Below are positions 57,669 to 64,000 of a DNA stretch of 64,000 bases, one piece after another. Position numbers and translations under genes: made by a program. The first letter of the stretch is position 1; each line of letters begins with the position of its first letter. The notes beneath the pieces are model-generated. The model ran no database searches and was not told the origin of the DNA. It saw only the letters and a list, made by a program, of their open reading frames with translations. The stretch is from an uncultured Bdellovibrionales bacterium. GTDB taxonomy: Bacteria > Patescibacteriota > Minisyncoccia > Moranbacterales > UBA2206. The stretch spans positions 70 to 64,069 of the forward strand of contig CAYOTC010000001.1 in the NCBI GenBank assembly GCA_964406815.1, in the 5' to 3' direction.

Positions 57669-58718
57669 ATGTCTATTCATAAACCGGTTTTACTCAAAGA
57701 GTCGATTGAAAGCTTGAATTTGAAAAAAAGAGACATTGTTGTTGACGCGACATTGGGCGGAGGAGGTCATAGTCTGGAAATTCTGAAAATCATAGGAAAC
57801 GAAGGAAAGCTTGTTGCGATTGATGTCGACAAAAAATCCATAGAAAATTTCAAACTTAAAATAGAAAAACAAAAACAAAATCAAGAGGGGGAGATTTTTC
57901 CGGTTCAGGGAAACTTCGCGGATATTAAAAATATTCTTGAAGAACTTAAAATCGGAAAAGTTGACGCTATCTTGGCGGATCTTGGATACTCTTCTGATCA
58001 ATTGGAAGATGAAAATATCGGAATGAGTTTTCTTAAAGATTCGCCATTAGATATGCGGCTCAATCGTTCAGGCGAAATCAGTGCGGAGAAAATCGTGAAT
58101 GATTATTCGGAAGAAGGTATTAAAAAAATTCTTGAAGATTTTGGTGAAGAGCGTTATGCAAAACAGATTGCCAGAGCGATTGTGGAAAAAAGAGAAGAAA
58201 AAAGAATAACCACAACAAAGGATTTGGTTTTGGTTATCGAGTCGGCTGTGCCGGAAAGTTATAAGCACCGCAAAATCAATGCGGCGACGAAAACTTTTCA
58301 AGCCATCCGGATAGAAACCAATAAAGAATTTGAAAATTTGGATAAGTTTATAGATTCGGCCATTGACTTGATAAAGCCTAGGGGACGGCTTTCCATCATA
58401 TCTTTCCATTCATTGGAAGACCGAATCGTAAAATCGAAGTTCAGGGAAAATGCTAGGGGATGCATTTGCCCGCCGGAACTCAAACTTGAGCGACTGCAGA
58501 AAGAATATATTTCTGCTGTTTCCGAAGGAAAGCTGGATGTTTCAAGGCTGGAAAAGGCGCTCAAGTCGGGTTTTTTTGAATCTTTCGATTGTCCTTGCGG
58601 ACGCGTTCCCAAGATAAGAGTAATCACAAAAAAGCCGATAGTTCCAAGCGATGTAGAGATCGGGGATAATCCCAGATCCAGAAGTGCCAAGCTCAGAGTC
58701 GCTGAAATGATCGGCTAA
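57669..58718 (+). CDS. rsmH: 16S rRNA (cytosine1402-N4)-methyltransferase RsmH (MraW).
   Basis: KPVLLKESIESLNLKKRDIVVDATLGGGGHS. DLGYSSDQL. Confidence 0.9.
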   Translation: MSIHKPVLLKESIESLNLKKRDIVVDATLGGGGHSLEILKIIGNEGKLVAIDVDKKSIENFKLKIEKQKQNQEGEIFPVQGNFADIKNILEELKIGKVDAILADLGYSSDQLEDENIGMSFLKDSPLDMRLNRSGEISAEKIVNDYSEEGIKKILEDFGEERYAKQIARAIVEKREEKRITTTKDLVLVIESAVPESYKHRKINAATKTFQAIRIETNKEFENLDKFIDSAIDLIKPRGRLSIISFHSLEDRIVKSKFRENARGCICPPELKLERLQKEYISAVSEGKLDVSRLEKALKSGFFESFDCPCGRVPKIRVITKKPIVPSDVEIGDNPRSRSAKLRVAEMIG

Positions 58719-58762
58719 AAATAAAAAGAGATAAAAAAGTTTTCAGGGGGACTGAAAACAAA

Positions 58763-59188
58763 ATGTCGAGCGTATTAATAATGAACGGAAGAAGCAGAAG
58801 GATCTTTGCGGGCGGAATTCGCGAGTCTTGTGGAAATCGAGCAAAGAGATCCACGGCTCTTTCGTTTAAAGAAAAATCAAAAAGAAACATAAAAAATGAA
58901 AATGGCGATGCCGGTCTTTTTGGTGTCGGTTTTTTTGTAGTTTTATTCGCAGTTTTTTCCTGCGCTTTTTATTTGTTCCAAGTCAATGATATGGCCACGA
59001 TGGGATATCAGATGCGCGATATTGAGAGCACTATCCAAAGTCTTGAAAAGGAAAATAAAAAAATGCAAATTAAGGAAATCGAGCTGAAGTCGATGCATAA
59101 TCTTGAGAAGGCAACGGAGAATTTAGGCTTGATCGGTTATTCCGATATAACTTATATGGAATTGAAAGGGCCGGTGGCGATGAAGTGA
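58763..59188 (+). CDS. ftsL: FtsL-like cell-division protein (single TM plus coiled coil).
   Basis: TM GLFGVGFFVVLFAVFSCAFYLF followed by a coiled-coil. Position between rsmH and ftsI. Confidence 0.45.
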   Translation: MSSVLIMNGRSRRIFAGGIRESCGNRAKRSTALSFKEKSKRNIKNENGDAGLFGVGFFVVLFAVFSCAFYLFQVNDMATMGYQMRDIESTIQSLEKENKKMQIKEIELKSMHNLEKATENLGLIGYSDITYMELKGPVAMK

Positions 59189-59197
59189 TGTTTCTCA

Positions 59198-61147
59198 ATG
59201 GGGGAATATAATTTCAATATTGAGAAAATAGAGATGGTTAAAGAAAAAAGAACAAAAAATTTTAAGATCGGAAATCATTGCAATTTTCCTATCAATAAAA
59301 AAAAGAAAGATGGTTTTGCGCCAACAAGGATTAATTTTTTGATTCTATTCATTTTTTTGGCGGTCGGAGTTATTTTTATCAAGCTTTATGTTCTTCAAGT
59401 CAAGGCTTATGACTATTATAAAAATCTTTCCAATAATCAACATTCGGTTTTCAAGGATCTTGTTCCTGAACGGGGAGAAATATTTTTGAGAGACGGCAAT
59501 GGATATTTTCCGGTGGCGATGAATAAGGAAACAAAAATGGCCTATGCTGTTCCGAAGGAAATTGAAGATATGGACAGCACGATCAACGGTATTTCAGAAA
59601 TATTGCAGCTTGAAAAAGAAATACTCAGGGAAAAATTCAAAAATAGGGAGGATATGTATGAAGTTCTGAAACATCGTTTGAGTGAGGAAGAAATAGGAAG
59701 ATTGACAAAGGAAAAAATCAAAGGAATTCGTTTGGCGGAGGAGAGTTATCGATATTACCCGGCCAGAGAATTGGCGGCGCACGCTCTCGGGTATGTTGGA
59801 TGGCGGGAAGATAATTTTGGCGGAAGATACGGAGCGGAACTATTTTTTGAAGACAAACTGAAGGGAGAATTCGGATCAATGTTCCATCACCGCGACACTT
59901 TGGGACGTTGGATATCGATCGGAGAAAAAGAAATTATCCAAGCAAAGAAGGGGAATGATATCATTCTTTCCATAGACAGCGCCGTTCAGTATGAAACTGA
60001 AAAAATTCTGGAAGCAGCGGTGAGCAAATACGGTGCGGATCGGGGAACAATCATTGTCATGGAATCGCAAACCGGACGTATTCTGGCGATGGCGAGCAAC
60101 CCGAGTTTTGATCCCAATGATTATGCCAAAGTGGAAAATATGGAAGCTTTCCGGAATTTGGCGGTGAGCGATACCTATGAGCCGGGAAGCATTTTTAAGC
60201 CTTTTACCATGGCGGCGGCGTTGGATAGCGGGAAAATAAATCCGCAGACGACTTATTATGATTCCGGAATGGTCAAGGAAGCTGGCTATACGATTAAAAA
60301 TTCTGACTTGAAAGCTAATGGCAAGCAAACAATGACGGAAGTTTTGGAAAAATCTCTCAATACTGGAGTGATTTTTGCGGAAAAACTTTTGGGGAACAGG
60401 AATTTTTCCGATTATATCAAAAGATTCGGATTCGGCCAGCGTACTAACATTGACCTTCCGGGGGAAGCTGTTGGAAATATAAATAATCTTAAAAATTTAA
60501 AAAGCGATATTCAATTTTTTACCGCTTCTTTCGGACAAGGAATAACCGTAACTCCCATACAATTAGTCAGCGCTTTCAATGCGATTGCCAACAATGGAGT
60601 GTTGCTCAAACCTCAGATAGTCGATAAGATAATCCACAGTGACGGGAGGGAAGAAAATATCGAATCTCAAGAAGTAAGGCGGGTGATTTCACCGATGGCC
60701 AGTCAAGCGACATCGAATATGCTTCTTTCTGTGGTGAGAAACGGTCACGGAAAAAGAGCCGGAGTGCCGGGATATAAGGTCGGAGGAAAAACCGGAACAG
60801 CTCAGGTGGCTAAAAGCGATTCACGAGGATATGAAGATGGAAAAAATATCGGTTCGTTCGTCGGGTTTGCACCGATTGATAATCCGAAATTTACCGTCCT
60901 TGTGAGACTGGATAATCCAAAGAATGTTGAGTGGGCCGAATCATCAGCGGCACCGGCTTTCGGAGAACTTATGAAATTTCTTCTGGATTATGCGCATATT
61001 GAACCGACAGAACAGTATTCTCAAAAAGAACTGGACGATTTTTATAAAAACCATACCTTGAAAGAATATCTGATTCAAAAGGAGAAGGAAGATAAAGAAT
61101 TGGAAAATAAAACTGAAGATAAGAAAGATAAAAAAGATAAGGAATAA
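59198..61147 (+). CDS. ftsI: Penicillin-binding protein 2B/FtsI-type transpeptidase.
   Basis: SxxK SIFKPFT. SxN SLN. KTG KVGGKTGTA. N-terminal TM and dimerisation domain. Confidence 0.85.
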   Translation: MGEYNFNIEKIEMVKEKRTKNFKIGNHCNFPINKKKKDGFAPTRINFLILFIFLAVGVIFIKLYVLQVKAYDYYKNLSNNQHSVFKDLVPERGEIFLRDGNGYFPVAMNKETKMAYAVPKEIEDMDSTINGISEILQLEKEILREKFKNREDMYEVLKHRLSEEEIGRLTKEKIKGIRLAEESYRYYPARELAAHALGYVGWREDNFGGRYGAELFFEDKLKGEFGSMFHHRDTLGRWISIGEKEIIQAKKGNDIILSIDSAVQYETEKILEAAVSKYGADRGTIIVMESQTGRILAMASNPSFDPNDYAKVENMEAFRNLAVSDTYEPGSIFKPFTMAAALDSGKINPQTTYYDSGMVKEAGYTIKNSDLKANGKQTMTEVLEKSLNTGVIFAEKLLGNRNFSDYIKRFGFGQRTNIDLPGEAVGNINNLKNLKSDIQFFTASFGQGITVTPIQLVSAFNAIANNGVLLKPQIVDKIIHSDGREENIESQEVRRVISPMASQATSNMLLSVVRNGHGKRAGVPGYKVGGKTGTAQVAKSDSRGYEDGKNIGSFVGFAPIDNPKFTVLVRLDNPKNVEWAESSAAPAFGELMKFLLDYAHIEPTEQYSQKELDDFYKNHTLKEYLIQKEKEDKELENKTEDKKDKKDKE

Positions 61148-61153
61148 GCTATT

Positions 61154-62527
61154 ATGAAAAAAGAGAAAAAAATGAAAAATAAAGATGAGACATTAAAGCC
61201 GAAAAAAATAATAATTCTGGAGCGTATTTTGCGGTTTATGGCGGCGGAAGTTCTGAAGAAATACAAACCGAAAATTATCGGCATCACCGGATCAATCGGA
61301 AAGACTTCGACTAAAGAAGCAGTTTTTTCCGTTCTTTCCGGGCATTTCAATGTCCGGAAAAACGAGAAGAATTATAACAATGAAATCGGACTGCCGCTCA
61401 CCATAATCGGGGCGGAATCCGGCGGGCATTCCATCTTCAGATGGTCTTTGGTATTTTTCAAATGGCTCGGAATAATAATCTGGCCGATCAAATATCCGGA
61501 AATCCTGGTTCTTGAAATGGGCGCGGACCGTCCTGGCGACATCCGCTATCTCACCGGTTTTATAAGGCCCAATATCGGAATCCTCACTGACATTTCCTCG
61601 AGCCATCTGGAATTTTTCAAAACCATAGAAGCAGTGGCCAAGGAAAAAACCATCCTCCTGCAGTCGATATCGGAAGACGGATTGGCGGTTATGAACATCG
61701 ACAATCCCAGGATTATGAAGATCAAACAGCAGCTCAAGCACTATGAGATCGGGGCGAAAATAATGTCGTTCGGCATCAAGGAGAACGCCGATTTGCAGGC
61801 GGAAGACATTTCGTTCAACTATGCCAATGTCGGCGAAGGCTCAGGAAATAAAGAGCTTAAAGGCCTGAGTTTCAAATTGAATTACGAAGGAGCGCACATT
61901 CCTTTTCGGCTCAATAATATCCTGGCGCGCCACAATATCTATGCGGCTCTCTCCGCCATAGCGGTGGGTCTGCGCTTCGGACTCAACCTGGTGGAAATCG
62001 GGGAAGGCATCGAGAATTTTTCCCTGCCGTCCGGCCGGATGAATCTGATCCGGGGGATCAAGAATTCCTATCTTATCGACGATACCTATAACGCTTCGCC
62101 GGCTTCGACCATTGCGGCATTGGATCTTCTGGGAGAAGTGAAAGGTGGAAGGAAGATTGCGGTTCTTGGCGATATGCTCGAGCTCGGACCGGATACGGAA
62201 AATGGCCACAAGGAAGTGGCGAAGAAATTTTTGGAAATCAAAGGTGATATTTTCATTGCGGTCGGGCGCCGGATGCATTTTGCCGCCCAAGAATTGGAAA
62301 GGCATAATTTCGGAAAAGACAGGTTGTTCATATTTAAAAATCCGATGGAAGCCGGAAAGAAGCTGGAAGGGATGCTTATGGAAGGAGATTTTATTTTGGT
62401 GAAAGGCTCGCAAGGAATGCGGATGGAAAAAGTGGTGGAGGAAGTGATGGTGGAACCACTGCGTGCTAAAGATTTGCTCTGCCGGCAAAATAACGAATGG
62501 CGGAAGAAAGAATGGAAGGAGATTTGA
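61154..62527 (+). CDS. murF: UDP-N-acetylmuramoyl-tripeptide--D-alanyl-D-alanine ligase.
   Basis: Mur-ligase P-loop IIGITGSIGKTSTKE. C-terminal ILVKGSQGMRMEKVVEEV typical of MurF. Confidence 0.75.
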   Translation: MKKEKKMKNKDETLKPKKIIILERILRFMAAEVLKKYKPKIIGITGSIGKTSTKEAVFSVLSGHFNVRKNEKNYNNEIGLPLTIIGAESGGHSIFRWSLVFFKWLGIIIWPIKYPEILVLEMGADRPGDIRYLTGFIRPNIGILTDISSSHLEFFKTIEAVAKEKTILLQSISEDGLAVMNIDNPRIMKIKQQLKHYEIGAKIMSFGIKENADLQAEDISFNYANVGEGSGNKELKGLSFKLNYEGAHIPFRLNNILARHNIYAALSAIAVGLRFGLNLVEIGEGIENFSLPSGRMNLIRGIKNSYLIDDTYNASPASTIAALDLLGEVKGGRKIAVLGDMLELGPDTENGHKEVAKKFLEIKGDIFIAVGRRMHFAAQELERHNFGKDRLFIFKNPMEAGKKLEGMLMEGDFILVKGSQGMRMEKVVEEVMVEPLRAKDLLCRQNNEWRKKEWKEI

Positions 62528-62627
62528 TTGATTTGTCATTCCGAATTTATTTCGGAATCTGGAGATTATGAACCCCGTCTGCCGACTAGGCAGGTAAGTT
62601 CAGAGTGATACAATGAACATTTTTTTG

Positions 62628-62706
62628 CTCCGCGGTCCCGCTCAAAAGCGGGACCGCGGCTTTCATTTCTGCCCAAAGCCCCAGTGGGCCTGTTTTGGTT
62701 TTGGCT
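62628..62706 (+). terminator. Terminator region after murF: perfect 12-bp GC hairpin, then a second hairpin with a T-rich tail.
   Basis: CCGCGGTCCCGCtcaaaaGCGGGACCGCGG...GCCCAaagccccagTGGGCctgttttggttttgg. Confidence 0.55.
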
Positions 62707-62756
62707 TTATATTTTTCTTAACAAATATTAATAATATTAAAGGAGTCGATAAAAAA

Positions 62757-62781
62757 GCAATATGCAAAAAATGCATATTGC
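62757..62781. promoter_or_regulatory. Perfect 10-bp palindrome upstream of the DUF3800 gene (candidate operator).
   Basis: GCAATATGCAaaaaaTGCATATTGC. Confidence 0.35.
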
Positions 62782-62820
62782 AAATTCAGATAAAATTATT
62801 GCGGGTTTATTGGAAATCAT

Positions 62821-63447
62821 ATGGCTTATATATTTCTGGATGAAAGCGGAGATTTGGGTTTTAAGCAAAAATCAAGCAAATGGTTTTTCACTATTGTTCT
62901 TATTGATAATCATAAAAAAATAGAAAAAGTCATAAAAAACATCAGGAAAGGACTTAAGAAAAAATTCAAACTCAAGGAATTACATGCATATCATGCGGAT
63001 TCAATAACCAAACATAGGATGCTTAAAAAGCTTTCAGAGATAGAAGATTTGAAAGTTCTTTGTGTGATTTTAAATAAGAAAAAAGTTTATATAGATTTGC
63101 AGAATCAAAAAAATTATCTTTACAACTATACCGCCAATATTTTATTGGATAGATTGCACAACAAAAAGATCATCAGAACTGATGAATCGATAAGTTTATA
63201 TATAGATCAGAAAGATACCAGCAAATTTATCAGAGAAAATTTTGAAAAGTATCTCAAGGAAAATCTGACGAAAAGAGGGAATAATGGAATTATTGAAATA
63301 AAAATAAAACCATCGCACACGGAGAAGTGCTTGCAGGCAGTTGATTTTGTAAGTTGGGCGATTTTCAGGAAATATGAGAAAGGCGATTACGAATATTATG
63401 AAGATATAAAAGACAGGATTATCGAAGAAAATCTGTTATTTTCGTAA
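62821..63447 (+). CDS. DUF3800-family protein.
   Basis: N-terminal MAYIFLDESGDLGF is the hallmark of DUF3800 (PF12686). Confidence 0.55.
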   Translation: MAYIFLDESGDLGFKQKSSKWFFTIVLIDNHKKIEKVIKNIRKGLKKKFKLKELHAYHADSITKHRMLKKLSEIEDLKVLCVILNKKKVYIDLQNQKNYLYNYTANILLDRLHNKKIIRTDESISLYIDQKDTSKFIRENFEKYLKENLTKRGNNGIIEIKIKPSHTEKCLQAVDFVSWAIFRKYEKGDYEYYEDIKDRIIEENLLFS

Positions 63448-63568
63448 AAGAAAACCCCCTGCTTTGACGAGACGCCTTACGGTATCTCAACACAGGAGGA
63501 CTTACTTCTATGAGATAATACTAGCATATATTAAAAATATTTCAAGTATTGTTGGAAAAAACGCTATG

Positions 63569-63600
63569 GCAAGCCTAAAAATAGGCTTGTTTTTGTTTTT
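63569..63600 (+). terminator. Rho-independent terminator.
   Basis: gCAAGCCTaaaaatAGGCTTGtttttgtttttt. Confidence 0.55.
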
Positions 63601-63857
63601 TGGTGTTAAAAAGCAACTATCCGGAATTTCCGGATAGTTCAAAAAGAAGGCAATAGAGAGATTGCTCGTGATATTAAGCATTATAATCTCGACATGATTT
63701 TCTGGAAAATTTACACAAAAAAGCCTTGATAGGCTTGTTTTGGTTTTGGCGGAAAATTGAGGAAATGTGGTATGATTAAATTGTAGTCGGGTTTATTTAT
63801 TTTTTAGGAGGATTAGACATAATTTATAGTTACATTTTAATTAGTAACTTATCGATT

Positions 63858-64000
63858 ATGTCAAAGATAAAAAGACTTTCGAAACATGAGATGCCTAGAG
63901 AGAAGCTTATTGAAAAGGGAGTAACTAGCTTGAAGGATAGTGAGCTTATGGCAATATTGTTGAGAACAGGTATTGAGGGAAAAGATGTCCTGAAAGTTTC
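63858..64000 (+). CDS. radC: RadC-like (JAB/MPN) protein, N-terminal fragment; runs off the window end.
   Basis: [47 protein letters not shown] matches the RadC N-terminal HhH-like region. Confidence 0.55.
   Translation, partial: MSKIKRLSKHEMPREKLIEKGVTSLKDSELMAILLRTGIEGKDVLKV

Noticed and set aside
62613-62843. 76-aa ORF downstream of murF.
   Set aside because: It spans the two terminator hairpins and the palindromic operator-like site, and its translation is low complexity (RGPAQKRDRGFHF...), so it is spurious.
1-64000. Considered that the genome might use genetic code 25 or 4 (UGA sense), which would explain the in-frame TGA.
   Set aside because: All long housekeeping genes are intact under the standard code. 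TGA terminates murF and the Cys-rich gene at positions consistent with homologues. Only one interrupting TGA was found.
1-64000. Looked for rRNA genes, CRISPR arrays, transposase/IS elements and tyrosine integrases.
   Set aside because: None found. The only recombinase is the serine recombinase at 51345. There are no short-repeat/spacer arrays.

Overview
This AT-rich window (~35-40% GC) looks like a chromosomal segment from a small-genome bacterium. The gene content is suggestive of a Patescibacteria/CPR-like lineage: a short AlaRS lacking the C-terminal domain, lysine-rich tails on ribosomal proteins, DprA next to TopA, and a giant secreted repeat protein. That taxonomic call is an inference from those features, not something I could verify.

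Housekeeping core, in order along the window:
- relA/spoT-family gene, topA, dprA, mnmA, alaS, tyrS, ftsA.
- Ribosomal/RNAP block infA-rpmJ-rpsM-rpsK-rpsD-rpoA-rplQ-rplM-rpsI, then rpmE, rpsB-tsf and a PSP1/YaaT gene.
- tRNA-Thr/Tyr/Thr cluster followed by rpmG.
- rpsP-rplJ-rplL, dnaX, and a dcw cluster mraZ-rsmH-ftsL-ftsI-murF.
- A partial radC at the window end.

The genome uses near-consensus sigma70 promoters (TTGACA-N17-TATATT recurs) and clean rho-independent terminators, so regulatory calls can be made with some confidence.

Accessory or unusual content:
1. A 4.2 kb secreted protein (155..4373) built from about 14 tandem 153-nt repeats plus three FN3-like repeats, with a frameshift near the N-terminus.
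2. A strongly AT-shifted island (13992..15906) carrying a gamma-class N6-adenine methyltransferase and a candidate partner endonuclease.
3. A membrane protein plus an FtsK/HerA/TraD-like ATPase pair (10723..13970) with a Zn-ribbon tail.
4. A GIY-YIG nuclease ORF wedged between a degenerate 5' half-copy and an intact copy of tRNA-Trp.
5. A gene whose ribosome-binding-site-supported reading frame runs through an in-frame TGA (37419..38165).
6. A divergent atypical-kinase-like domain fused to a polytopic membrane domain (38292..40592), followed by three uncharacterised genes, inserted between rpmG and rpsP.
7. A roughly 5.6 kb mobile-element-like island (about 47.3-52.9 kb). It carries AT-rich uncharacterised ORFs, a DUF2726 protein, a phiX/Rep_trans-type HUH replication initiator, and a large serine recombinase whose 3' end overlaps tRNA-Gln.
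8. A 119-nt GC-rich structured element after the rpsI terminator (30149..30267), possibly SRP RNA.

No rRNA genes and no CRISPR arrays were seen.
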